A program made the translations under genes and the position numbers. 26,504 nucleotides of DNA from positions 1-26,504 of the forward strand of contig CAZSKP010000052.1 in NCBI GenBank assembly GCA_964607485.1, in the 5' to 3' direction. The number at the start of each line of letters is the position of its first letter. Position 1 is the stretch's first letter. Positions 1 to 9,853 of the stretch are shown here, piece by piece. This DNA comes from an uncultured bacterium (GTDB lineage: Bacteria > Abyssobacteria > SURF-5). The notes below the pieces were generated by a model. It was not told the origin of the DNA. It did no database searches and was given only the letters and a program-made list of their open reading frames with translations.

Positions 1-195
1 GGCATAAGCATCGGCTTTGCCGCTCTGGGAACCGGTATCGGCATGGGCTATCTCGTCGGCAGCGCTGTTCAGAGCATGGCGCGGCAGCCTGAGGCGACCG
101 GCACGATAACCGTCAACATGTTTATCGGCCTGGCGTTCATCGAGGCGCTCGCCCTCTACGCGCTGGTTATCAGCTTCATCGTGATGGGCCGCTAG
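1..195 (+). CDS. atpE: F1Fo ATP synthase subunit c (5'-truncated by window edge)
   Basis: Frame +1 reads GISIGFAALGTGIGMG...MARQPEA...FIGLAFIEALALYALVISFIVMGR*. It has the Gly-rich helix 1, the RQPE loop and the ion-binding Glu, and lies directly upstream of atpF. Not in the ORF track. Confidence 0.96.
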   Translation, partial: GISIGFAALGTGIGMGYLVGSAVQSMARQPEATGTITVNMFIGLAFIEALALYALVISFIVMGR

Positions 196-235
196 TCGGT
201 AAATTGCCAAAACTTTAACAGCGGAGGTGAATGAA

Positions 236-832
236 GTGGCGGAACCCATTTTCTACCTGGCGAGCGCGACCGAGGAGATGGAAGGACACGTGACGAGTGC
301 TCACGAGGAACACCCGTCCAAGCCCGAGGGGGAAACGCCCATGAAGGCGGAACCCAACCTCTGGATATGGACCCTCGTGGCGTTTATCATCGTGTTCTTC
401 ATCTTGCGGAAGTTCGCGTTTCCGAGAATCACCGAGATGCTTGACAAACGCAACGAAAAGATTGAGGGCGACCTGAAGAACGCCGAGATCACGCGCGAAG
501 AGGCCGAAAAGCTGCTGGCCGAATACAAGGCACAGCTCGACTCCGCCCGCGCCGAGGCGAAAAAGATCATGGACGAAGGCAAGGCGCTGGGCGAGAACCT
601 GCGAAAAGAAACGATAGGCAAGGCGACGGAAGAGGCGAACCAGCTCATCCGGCGTGCGCAGGAGGAAATCTCCCGCGAGAAGGAGAAGGCCATCAAGGAA
701 CTCCAGAACCAGATCGCCGACATCTCGATCGAGGTGGCGTCGAAGGTCATACAGAAGTCCCTCAACAAGGAAGAACACTCCAAACTCATCGATCAGTATA
801 TCACCGAGGTGGGCAGGCTCTATGAAGGTTGA
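236..832 (+). CDS. atpF: F1Fo ATP synthase subunit b
   Basis: One TM segment (LWIWTLVAFIIVFFILRKFAFP) followed by a long charged coiled coil. GGAGG at 223-227 favours GTG 236 over GTG 227 as the start. Confidence 0.93.
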   Translation: MAEPIFYLASATEEMEGHVTSAHEEHPSKPEGETPMKAEPNLWIWTLVAFIIVFFILRKFAFPRITEMLDKRNEKIEGDLKNAEITREEAEKLLAEYKAQLDSARAEAKKIMDEGKALGENLRKETIGKATEEANQLIRRAQEEISREKEKAIKELQNQIADISIEVASKVIQKSLNKEEHSKLIDQYITEVGRLYEG

Positions 833-1358
833 CCCGATAGTAAGCGCATATGCGGAGTCCCTCTTTCGGCTCGCTTCGGCCGAGGAGGCGACCGACCGCG
901 TGGAGGAAGAGCTCCACGATCTCGAGCGGCTTTACCAGAGCAACTACGAGCTGAAAGAGTTCATCAATAATCCGAGAGTCAAGTCGGAAGGCAAGAAGGA
1001 CGCTCTCGCAGAGCTTCTGGGCGACAAGCTCAGCCGCATAACGCTCAACCACATGTATCTCATAATCGACCAGGAACGCGGACGCATGTTTCCGAAAATC
1101 GCCGAGGAATACTATCGGTTGGCGAGCGAGGTCAGGGCCAAGGTTTCGGCTGAGGTCATCACCGCATTCCCGATATCCGACGGCGCTCTCGCCAAGCTTG
1201 GCGACCAGCTCCGGAACCTGACCAAGAAGGATGTTTACATGCGCACGCGCGTGGATGAGTCGATAATAGGCGGCGTCGTCGTTAAGGTGGGCGACAAAGT
1301 TCTGGACGGCAGCGTCCGCAACAAACTGTCTCAGCTAAAGAAGCAGATGGTGGGCTGA
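822..1358 (+). CDS. atpH: F1Fo ATP synthase subunit delta
   Basis: YAESLF N-terminus and C-terminal [21 protein letters not shown] motif. ATG 822 overlaps the end of atpF; the ORF-track extension to 654 is spurious. Confidence 0.95.
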   Translation: MKVDPIVSAYAESLFRLASAEEATDRVEEELHDLERLYQSNYELKEFINNPRVKSEGKKDALAELLGDKLSRITLNHMYLIIDQERGRMFPKIAEEYYRLASEVRAKVSAEVITAFPISDGALAKLGDQLRNLTKKDVYMRTRVDESIIGGVVVKVGDKVLDGSVRNKLSQLKKQMVG

Positions 1359-1395
1359 AGAGCTCCTGCTTCTTCATCAAAGGGGAGGATGCGTC

Positions 1396-2910
1396 TTGGA
1401 ACTGAAGCTAGACCCTTCTGAAATATCAGCGGTATTGAGACGGCACATCGAGCAGTCACAGGTCACAGTCGGCATGGAAGAGGTCGGCACCGTGATCGAG
1501 GCCGGCGACGGCATCGCCCGCATAAAGGGGCTGCCGAGCTGCATGTCGGCCGAGATGCTCGAGCTGCCGGGCGGCATCTACGCCATGGCCCTCAACCTCG
1601 AAACAGACCAAATAGGCGCCGTCATCCTGGGCGATTTCGAAGAAATAGAGCAGGGGGCTCAGGTGAAACGCACGGGCAGAATACTCCAGGTGCCCGTCGG
1701 TCCCGAGCTAGTCGGTCGCGTGGTCAATGGCGTCGGCCAGCCCGTTGACGGCAAGGGGCCGCTCAACACAAAGAAATTCAGGCCCATTGAAGGAGGCGCG
1801 CCCAACGTCGTGCAGCGGCAGCCAGTGAAGGAGCCGCTCCAGACGGGCCTGAAATGCATCGACTCCATGATACCCATCGGGCGCGGCCAGCGCGAGCTCA
1901 TCATCGGCGACCGGCAGACCGGCAAGACCGCCCTCGCGGTGGACACGATAATAAACCAGCGCGATACGGACGTCTATTGCATCTACGTGGCCATCGGCCA
2001 GAAACAATCGACCGTCGTCGGCGTTGTCGAGACGCTCGAGCGGTACGGCGCGATGGATTACACCGTCATCGTGGCCGCAAACGCCAGCGATCCCTCGCCG
2101 ATGCAGTATATCGCCCCCTATTCCGGCTGCGCGATGGGAGAAGAATTCCGAGACACGGGCAAACATGCCTTGATAATATACGACGACCTGTCCAAGCACG
2201 CGGTCGCCTATCGCACGATGTCGCTCCTGCTCAGGAGGCCGCCCGGACGCGAGGCATATCCGGGCGACATTTTCAACCTGCATTCCCGGCTTCTCGAGCG
2301 GGCCGCAAAGCTGTCGGAGCCGCTGGGAGGCGGTTCGCTCACCGCGCTCCCGATAGTCGAGACACAGGCAGGCGACTACTCGGCATACATTCCGACCAAC
2401 GTCATTTCGATCACCGACGGCCAGATCTATCTCGAAGCCGACCTGTTTTACGCGGGCGTGAGGCCTGCGGTGTCGGTGGGATTGTCGGTTTCGCGCGTCG
2501 GCGGAAACGCCCAGATACCGGGCATGAAGAAGATTGCGGGCACCCTTCGCCTGAGTCTCGCTCAGTACAGGGAACTGGCCGCGTTCGCCCAGTTCGGCTC
2601 GGAGCTCGACAAGGCTACGCAGGCCCAGCTTGCCAGAGGAGAGCGTCTCGTCGAAGTGCTGAAGCAGCCCCAGTACGTGCCCATGCCCGTTGAGCAGCAG
2701 GTGATGATTATCGCCGTCGCAACCATGGGATTGCTCGACGACATTCCCGTCGACCGGGTAAGGTCCTTCGAGGCCGATTTCCACGAATTCATGAAGGACA
2801 AGTATCCGGCCATTGGCAAGGCCATCCGCGAGACCAAACAGGTGACCGACGAAACGTCTGAACAACTCAAGAAGGCGACAGAAGAGTTTAAGCTTCTGTT
2901 CAAACCCTAA
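1396..2910 (+). CDS. atpA: F1Fo ATP synthase subunit alpha
   Basis: [23 protein letters not shown] (Walker A), [10 protein letters not shown] and [11 protein letters not shown] motifs. TTG start after a GGAGG RBS. Confidence 0.99.
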   Translation: MELKLDPSEISAVLRRHIEQSQVTVGMEEVGTVIEAGDGIARIKGLPSCMSAEMLELPGGIYAMALNLETDQIGAVILGDFEEIEQGAQVKRTGRILQVPVGPELVGRVVNGVGQPVDGKGPLNTKKFRPIEGGAPNVVQRQPVKEPLQTGLKCIDSMIPIGRGQRELIIGDRQTGKTALAVDTIINQRDTDVYCIYVAIGQKQSTVVGVVETLERYGAMDYTVIVAANASDPSPMQYIAPYSGCAMGEEFRDTGKHALIIYDDLSKHAVAYRTMSLLLRRPPGREAYPGDIFNLHSRLLERAAKLSEPLGGGSLTALPIVETQAGDYSAYIPTNVISITDGQIYLEADLFYAGVRPAVSVGLSVSRVGGNAQIPGMKKIAGTLRLSLAQYRELAAFAQFGSELDKATQAQLARGERLVEVLKQPQYVPMPVEQQVMIIAVATMGLLDDIPVDRVRSFEADFHEFMKDKYPAIGKAIRETKQVTDETSEQLKKATEEFKLLFKP

Positions 2911-2921
2911 GAGTAGGAATA

Positions 2922-3788
2922 ATGGCGAACACTCGCGAAATTCGAAACCGTATCAGAAGCGTCAAGAATATTCAGCAGATCACGCGCGCGATGGAGATGG
3001 TCGCAGCTTCAAAGCTGAAGCGGGCGAGCGACCTCGTAGCGGCCGCCGAGCCCTATGCGGAAAAGCTGCGCATGGTAATGGGCGACGTGGGCAAGTCGGC
3101 GTCCGGCGTCTCCCACCCGCTTCTGGCGCAGCGCCCGGTGGAACGCACCTGCGTCGTGGTGATGACGTCAGACAAGGGCCTGTGCGGCGCATATAATTCC
3201 AACATCATCGGCGCCGCGATGAATTTCATCCGACCCATGAAACCCCAATCGGTGCGGCTGCTCATAATCGGGAAGAAGGCCAACGACTTCTTCAAGAAAC
3301 GGCCGTATGAGATTCTGAAATACTGGTCGTTTCCCAGTCGGGAAGTCGAGATCCCCTTCGTTGCCGAGATCTCGCGTTTTTTGGCCGACGGATATGAGAA
3401 GGGCGATTTCGACAAGGTGGTGCTCTTCTACACGAAATTCAAGAGCGCGATGGTGACCACCCCCGTGCAGACGCAGTTGCTGCCGTTCGAGAGCGCCGAT
3501 GGCGAGGAGCAATCGGAAATAAGCGCCCTGTATATCTTCGAGCCGACCGCGGAAGAGCTCATGCAAAAGCTTCTGCCCAAGTACCTCCAGAACCAGATAT
3601 ATCTGGCGTTCGTCGAGGCCGCCGCATCGGAACATGGAAACCGGATGGTCTCGATGAGGAACGCTACCGACAACGCGGATGAGATGATTCGCACGCTTAC
3701 GCTGAACTACAACAAGGTGCGGCAGGCTTCCATCACGCGAGAGATACTCGAGGTCGTCGCAGGAGCCGACGCGACGGCGAAAAAGTAG
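2922..3788 (+). CDS. atpG: F1Fo ATP synthase subunit gamma
   Basis: ITRAMEMVAASK, SDKGLCGAYN and MRNATDNA...RQASITREILEVVAG motifs. Confidence 0.99.
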   Translation: MANTREIRNRIRSVKNIQQITRAMEMVAASKLKRASDLVAAAEPYAEKLRMVMGDVGKSASGVSHPLLAQRPVERTCVVVMTSDKGLCGAYNSNIIGAAMNFIRPMKPQSVRLLIIGKKANDFFKKRPYEILKYWSFPSREVEIPFVAEISRFLADGYEKGDFDKVVLFYTKFKSAMVTTPVQTQLLPFESADGEEQSEISALYIFEPTAEELMQKLLPKYLQNQIYLAFVEAAASEHGNRMVSMRNATDNADEMIRTLTLNYNKVRQASITREILEVVAGADATAKK

Positions 3789-3841
3789 GTAGCAGCGCGT
3801 GAAACAAAGCGCCCGGCGGTGCCGGCTTGTGAGCATCCTAG

Positions 3842-5284
<1,443 letters not shown>

Positions 5285-5289
5285 GCAAA

Positions 5290-5697
5290 TTGGCAAAGTC
5301 TTATCCGCTTGACATAGTTACTCTTAAACAGACGGTTTTTAGCGACGACGTGGAATGTGTCACCGTTCCCGGCGGGCTGGGCTACCTGGGCATACTGGCA
5401 GGGCACGCGCCGCTTCTGACCAACATCGAGATCGGCACGATTTCGATCAAGCGCGACAGTGGTTCCGACCTGAAGATGGTCGTGGGCGAGGGCTTCCTCG
5501 TGGTCACTCCCAAGGGAACGACGCTTCTCGTGGACACGGCCGAGAGAAAAGAAGACATCGACGTGGAGCGGGCCCGTGCCTCCATGGCCAGAGCCCGTGA
5601 GAGGCTGGCATCTCCTGCGGACGACATCGATGTGGAGCGGGCCGAGGCCGCTCTCAAAAGGGCTATCGCGCGCCTCAAGCTTGCAGGGGCTCTCTGA
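5290..5697 (+). CDS. atpC: F1Fo ATP synthase subunit epsilon
   Basis: GYLGILAGHAPL motif, C-terminal helical hairpin ending RAEAALKRAIARL, last gene of the atp operon, TTG start. Confidence 0.97.
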   Translation: MAKSYPLDIVTLKQTVFSDDVECVTVPGGLGYLGILAGHAPLLTNIEIGTISIKRDSGSDLKMVVGEGFLVVTPKGTTLLVDTAERKEDIDVERARASMARARERLASPADDIDVERAEAALKRAIARLKLAGAL

Positions 5698-5755
5698 ACT
5701 CTTTCTCCTGGCGAATTCTGGCAGGGAGTCCTTCGCGCACAGTTTACGTTCTTCC

Positions 5756-5790
5756 ATGGCGGCGCTCCCGGGTGTCGCCATCCCTTTTGT
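5756..5790 (+). terminator. Probable intrinsic terminator of the atp operon
   Basis: ATGGCGGCGC(5756-5765)/GTGTCGCCAT(5772-5781) forms a 10-bp stem with G-U pairs and a 6-nt loop, followed by CCCTTTTGT. Confidence 0.5.
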
Positions 5791-5815
5791 ATTCCCAAGC
5801 TTCGGCTGTTATAAT
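5787..5815 (+). promoter_or_regulatory. Sigma70-type promoter for the CLC gene
   Basis: TTGTAT(5787-5792)-17 bp-TATAAT(5810-5815), with extended -10 TG at 5807-5808. Confidence 0.7.
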
Positions 5816-5920
5816 TGTTGTGTTTGTCCGTCTACCGAACTGATGGGGCGCGGGCTCATTCTGCTCAGGGTCGTTTTTTCTCTTGCCGCGCGCGCCATGC
5901 GCTGAAAAGGAGTTTCCAGT

Positions 5921-7711
5921 TTGTTTAGGTCGTTCATACCATCTCCGGTCGAAATGGCCAGGAAGCTGGGGCGGCTCCTGTTTCTTTGTGGGCTTGTGGG
6001 GGTGGTCGCCGGCCTGGGCGCAATTGTGTTTTTGTGGATGATGGAATTCACAAGGCATTACGCGCTGGGAGTGATGGCCGGATATTATCCACCGGGGCCG
6101 GGAGGGGAAGAGCCGCTGTTTTCCGAGGCCGCCGCTCCCTTTCGTCGGTGGCTTCTTCTCTTCGTACCTGCCGTCGGAGGGCTGCTGAGCGGGCTGATAG
6201 TGTACACCTTTGCGCCCGAGGCTGAGGGGCACGGTACCGACGCCGCCATAACGGCGTATCATTTCAAGAGGGGCGAAGTTCGGGGTAGAGTCCCGCTGGT
6301 CAAAGCCATCGCTTCGGCCCTGACAATCGGTAGCGGCGGCTCGGGAGGAAGGGAAGGCCCGATAGCCCAGATAGGAGCGGGCTTTGGGTCGATTCTCGGA
6401 AAAGTCCTGAAACTGAGCACGTATGAGCGCCGGGTTCTTATGGTTTCGGGCGTGGGCGCGGGCATCGGGGCAATCTTTCATGCGCCCTTGGCAGGTGCCC
6501 TGTTTGCGGCTGAAGTACTCTACAGAGAAATGGACATGGAATACGAGGTGGTCGTTCCGTCCATCATCTCGTCGGTCATAGCTTACGCGGTCTTTGCTAC
6601 AAAATTCGGCTGGAACCCGCTTTTTCAGACTCCGGGATTCATCTTTCAGGACCCCACCGAACTCGTTCCTTATTTCATATTGGCCCTCGCTGTAGCAGGC
6701 GGCGCGGCCGTTTTCATTCAGATTTTCTACGGCGTACGCGATTCTTTTCGGAAGATTCCACTGCCCAACCACGTCAAGCCGGCCATCGGCGGGCTTATTG
6801 TGGGATTGATAGGATTTTTCCTGCCCGACGCGCTGGGAACCGGCTACGGCTTCGTGCAGGAGGCTTTCACGGGAAGGCTCGGAGGCCGGATACTTCTGTT
6901 GGTGGCGGGTGGCAAGATGCTCACCACATCGTTTTCAATTGCCACTGGCGGAAGCGGCGGCGTTTTCGGACCGTCGGTCGTGATTGGAGGCGCGCTGGGT
7001 GGCGCGGTCGGGCTGGCGATGCAGCAGCTTTTCCCCGGCATGGGCATACAGCCGGGAGCGTTTGTGATGGTCGGAATGGCCGGCTTCTTCGCCGCCGCCG
7101 CCAATACTCCCATTTCGACCGTCATAATGGTGAGCGAGATGACCGGCAATTACCATCTGCTCGTTCCGTCCATGTGGGTATGCATAATTTCATATCTTCT
7201 TGTCCGGCGTTCCACAATCTACGAGAAACAGCTTCCCACCCGTATGGATGCCCCCTCGCACGTGGGCGAGATGATGGGCGGCGTCCTCAAGCGTCTCACA
7301 GTGGCCGACGCCCTCGGCAATGGGGGGCGCAGGCCGGTCATCACGGTGAGCGAATCGACCACGCTCCACGACCTGCTGGACAAATTTGCCACTTCAAAAC
7401 AGGCGTGTTTTCCCGTGGTTGACGAAAAGGACAAGCTTGTGGGCGTGGTGGATGGAAAAGACTTGCGCTATACCATAAGCGAGGCGGGCCTTGTTGATCA
7501 ACTGATCATAGCGAAGGAATTGGCGGGGAGTCCGCCCACCTTGACGCCGCGAGAGGACCTCTATTCTGTTGTGCACAAGATGGTTGCCTCGCGGCACGAC
7601 GAACTGGTGGTCGTCGACGAGGGCAACCCGGAGAAAGTCATCGGAATACTCAGCCGGAGCGACCTGATCGCTGCCTATGACCGCCAATTCCTCACTGGGG
7701 GCACCATGTAG
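5921..7711 (+). CDS. CLC-family chloride channel/transporter with C-terminal CBS domain pair
   Basis: GHGTD, GREGP, GAIFHAPLAGALFAAE, GGVFGP, VSEMTG and IYE motifs; many TM segments; C-terminal CBS pair (FPVVDE...ILSRSDL). AGGAG precedes TTG 5921; ATG 5954 is an alternative start. Confidence 0.93.
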   Translation: MFRSFIPSPVEMARKLGRLLFLCGLVGVVAGLGAIVFLWMMEFTRHYALGVMAGYYPPGPGGEEPLFSEAAAPFRRWLLLFVPAVGGLLSGLIVYTFAPEAEGHGTDAAITAYHFKRGEVRGRVPLVKAIASALTIGSGGSGGREGPIAQIGAGFGSILGKVLKLSTYERRVLMVSGVGAGIGAIFHAPLAGALFAAEVLYREMDMEYEVVVPSIISSVIAYAVFATKFGWNPLFQTPGFIFQDPTELVPYFILALAVAGGAAVFIQIFYGVRDSFRKIPLPNHVKPAIGGLIVGLIGFFLPDALGTGYGFVQEAFTGRLGGRILLLVAGGKMLTTSFSIATGGSGGVFGPSVVIGGALGGAVGLAMQQLFPGMGIQPGAFVMVGMAGFFAAAANTPISTVIMVSEMTGNYHLLVPSMWVCIISYLLVRRSTIYEKQLPTRMDAPSHVGEMMGGVLKRLTVADALGNGGRRPVITVSESTTLHDLLDKFATSKQACFPVVDEKDKLVGVVDGKDLRYTISEAGLVDQLIIAKELAGSPPTLTPREDLYSVVHKMVASRHDELVVVDEGNPEKVIGILSRSDLIAAYDRQFLTGGTM

Positions 7712-7834
7712 CCGGCCGGTCGAACCGTCCCCGCGCCGAACGAGTTGTACTCGCCCAACGCCGCCAAGACCCGTGACCCCTTGAGAAAGCGCCTGTCGTA
7801 TTTTTCTTGCTGGAACTACGCGGATACCCTCTTC

Positions 7835-7863
7835 TTGACTTTTGGCCGAAGTCATGATATTAT
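7835..7863 (+). promoter_or_regulatory. Sigma70-type promoter of the GbsR/MarR gene with overlapping palindrome
   Basis: TTGACT(7835-7840)-17 bp-TATTAT(7858-7863) with TGn extension. The inverted repeat TGACTT-N7-AAGTCA (7836-7854) overlaps the -35 and spacer. Confidence 0.7.
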
Positions 7864-7864
7864 G

Positions 7865-7900
7865 TTATTGAACATTTAGAATATTACAAATCTTCCAAAT
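7865..7900 (+). repeat. Four tandem degenerate 9-bp units (candidate operator)
   Basis: TTATTGAAC/ATTTAGAAT/ATTACAAAT/CTTCCAAAT directly downstream of the -10 box. Confidence 0.5.
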
Positions 7901-7911
7901 CAAGGCGGTGT

Positions 7912-8403
7912 ATGACACAGGATACCGATGCAATAAGAGACAGGTTCATCGAGGGAATGGGCAGGATCAGCAAGTTCTGGGGATTCAGCAGGCTCATGGG
8001 TCAGCTCTACGGCCTGCTCTATCTCAACAGCGAGCCGATGACTCTCGATCAATTGGCCGAGGGTCTTCTGGTGAGCAAGGGAAGCGTCAGCATAAACATC
8101 CGCTCTCTTGAGCGATGGGGGATGGTGGAAAAAGTTTGGGTCAAGGCGGACAGGAAGGACTACTACAGGGCGGAAACCAAATTCATGGACATCGTCACCA
8201 AAATACTCAGGGAGCGCGAGAAGATGGAATTCGACAGCGCGCTCAAGACGGTGTCGGAATGTCTGGACGAGGTGAAGGCCCTGCCTGCTTCGGATGAGAC
8301 AAAGTTTATGGAAAGACGCCTCACGAACATGCACCGTTTCTTCGGTTTCATCGATAAGAGCGTTTTCTCTGCCCTGCATCTGATGCGGAACAAGTTCAAA
8401 TAA
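7912..8403 (+). CDS. GbsR/MarR-family winged-helix transcriptional regulator
   Basis: FIEGMGRISKFWGFSRLMGQLYGLLYL...MTLDQLAEGLLVSKGSVSINIRSLERWGMV...DRKDYY is the typical GbsR-type pattern. Confidence 0.88.
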   Translation: MTQDTDAIRDRFIEGMGRISKFWGFSRLMGQLYGLLYLNSEPMTLDQLAEGLLVSKGSVSINIRSLERWGMVEKVWVKADRKDYYRAETKFMDIVTKILREREKMEFDSALKTVSECLDEVKALPASDETKFMERRLTNMHRFFGFIDKSVFSALHLMRNKFK

Positions 8404-8419
8404 TTTTTTTCGAGGGAGC

Positions 8420-8446
8420 GTTCAATGTATTCTAAACATTCGGAAT
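8420..8446 (-). repeat. Three tandem degenerate 9-bp units (candidate operator, inverted relative to 7865-7900)
   Basis: The minus strand reads ATTCCGAAT/GTTTAGAAT/ACATTGAAC, matching the units upstream of the regulator. Confidence 0.45.
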
Positions 8447-8511
8447 GATAAGCCCTAACCTGCGAGACCATGATTCCAGGCGAATCTCCCGAACAATCAA
8501 GGAGAAGAGCC

Positions 8512-9426
8512 ATGCAAGATAACGAGTTCAACGTCGTCACTGGCGCTTTCAGCTACACCGGCCGACACATAACCGAACGACTCCTTTCCATGGGGAAACG
8601 GGTCATCACTCTCACAAACCATCCCGAGGCGAACCCGTTCGGCGACCGGGTCGCGGCTTTCCCTCTCGACTTCGAGCGTCCGGAAAGAATCGTCGAGAGC
8701 ATGAGAGGCGCAGACACTTTCTACAACACCTACTGGGTGCGCTTTCCGCACGGCAAGGTCACATTCGAGGGCGCCGTCGAGAACTCGAAGACATTGATTC
8801 GGGCGGCCACGGAGGCGGGTGTCCGGCGCTTCGTTCACATCAGCATCACCAACGCGTCCCGCGCCCCTTCCCTGCCCTACTTTCGGGGGAAGGCGCTCGT
8901 CGAAGAGGCGCTCATTGAGTCGGGTCTGTCCTATGCCATAGTCCGCCCGACGCTCGTCTTCGGGCACGGCGACATTCTGATAAACAACATCGCGTGGATG
9001 GTGCGCAGGTTTCCGGTGTTCGCGGTCATCGGCGCGGGCGACTACCGCGTTCGGCCCATTTTCGTGCTTGATGAGGCCAAGACGGCTGTTGATGCGGGAC
9101 AAAGAGAAGAGAACGTGATCGTGGACGCGGTCGGCCCCGAGGTCTTCACATTCGACGAACTCGTGCGGCTGATCGCCGAGAAGACGCATAGCCGGACCCG
9201 AATCATCCACGTGCCGCCGCGTATCGCATATCTGTTGTCCAGGATGATCGGCTGGCTCGTCCGGGACGTCGTCCTCATCTGGGACGAGGTCGAGGGTATC
9301 CAGGCCAACCTTCTGGTTACCGACGGAACTTCCACTGGAGAGACGCGACTAAGCGAGTGGTTGGAGGAAAACGCCGCCCGCGTCGGCATCCGATACGCCT
9401 CTGAGCTGAAGCGGCACTACGAGTAG
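8512..9426 (+). CDS. NAD(P)-binding atypical SDR / epimerase-dehydratase family protein (NDUFA9-like)
   Basis: Rossmann motif VVTGAFSYTG, GVRRFVHIS, YxxxK (YFRGK) and IVRPTLVFG. AGGAG RBS favours ATG 8512. Confidence 0.85.
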   Translation: MQDNEFNVVTGAFSYTGRHITERLLSMGKRVITLTNHPEANPFGDRVAAFPLDFERPERIVESMRGADTFYNTYWVRFPHGKVTFEGAVENSKTLIRAATEAGVRRFVHISITNASRAPSLPYFRGKALVEEALIESGLSYAIVRPTLVFGHGDILINNIAWMVRRFPVFAVIGAGDYRVRPIFVLDEAKTAVDAGQREENVIVDAVGPEVFTFDELVRLIAEKTHSRTRIIHVPPRIAYLLSRMIGWLVRDVVLIWDEVEGIQANLLVTDGTSTGETRLSEWLEENAARVGIRYASELKRHYE

Positions 9427-9462
9427 TTATCCGTCGCACTTGGCCAAACGGAGGGAATCGAA

Positions 9463-9846
9463 ATGGAGAGCATCATCTTCTTCCTAGCCGGGGTTGTACT
9501 GTCGCTGCTCTTTTCAGTCGCGACAATAGCGACGCTCAGAAAGAGCTACAATGAGATTGTCGAGGAACTGTGCGGAACGGCAAAGCGGGCAGGATATTGG
9601 ATCAGGACCTCGGAAGCCTGCATCGTGTTGGTAACGCTCTTTGCTGCGATCACATTCCACAACTATCGGGGCATCGAACAGCCCGACGCAATCGCTCTGT
9701 TCTGGGGCTTGATGCGGCAGGCAACGTGGATTCTGGCGGCCCTATTCACAAGCCTGATTGTGATCTCGCTTGTGATCTTGCGAAGCCTCCCGCATCAGGC
9801 GAAGCAGATTCAACTGCCGCCCGCGAGCCCACTTCAGGGGCATTGA
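9463..9846 (+). CDS. Small hypothetical membrane protein (~3 TM)
   Basis: GGAGG RBS, three hydrophobic segments, ELCGT..RA.YW loop motif; 36 bp downstream of the SDR gene on the same strand. Confidence 0.75.
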   Translation: MESIIFFLAGVVLSLLFSVATIATLRKSYNEIVEELCGTAKRAGYWIRTSEACIVLVTLFAAITFHNYRGIEQPDAIALFWGLMRQATWILAALFTSLIVISLVILRSLPHQAKQIQLPPASPLQGH

Positions 9847-9853
9847 TTTTGCC

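Noticed and set aside
654-821. Extended atpH, or an atpF-atpH fusion
   Set aside because: atpF ends with TGA at 830-832 and atpH starts at ATG 822 in a different frame, which is an ordinary short overlap.
1708-2865. Long antisense and alternative-frame ORFs over atpA, and similar ones at 3941-4837, 5744-6772, 22146-23069 and 24237-25151
   Set aside because: They overlap well-supported genes, have no recognisable motifs, and are the expected shadow ORFs of high-GC codon bias.
5816-5920. Possible fluoride riboswitch and CLC-F fluoride exporter
   Set aside because: No crcB riboswitch consensus is visible, and the protein lacks the CLC-F signatures GNNLI/GREGT/GEVTP.
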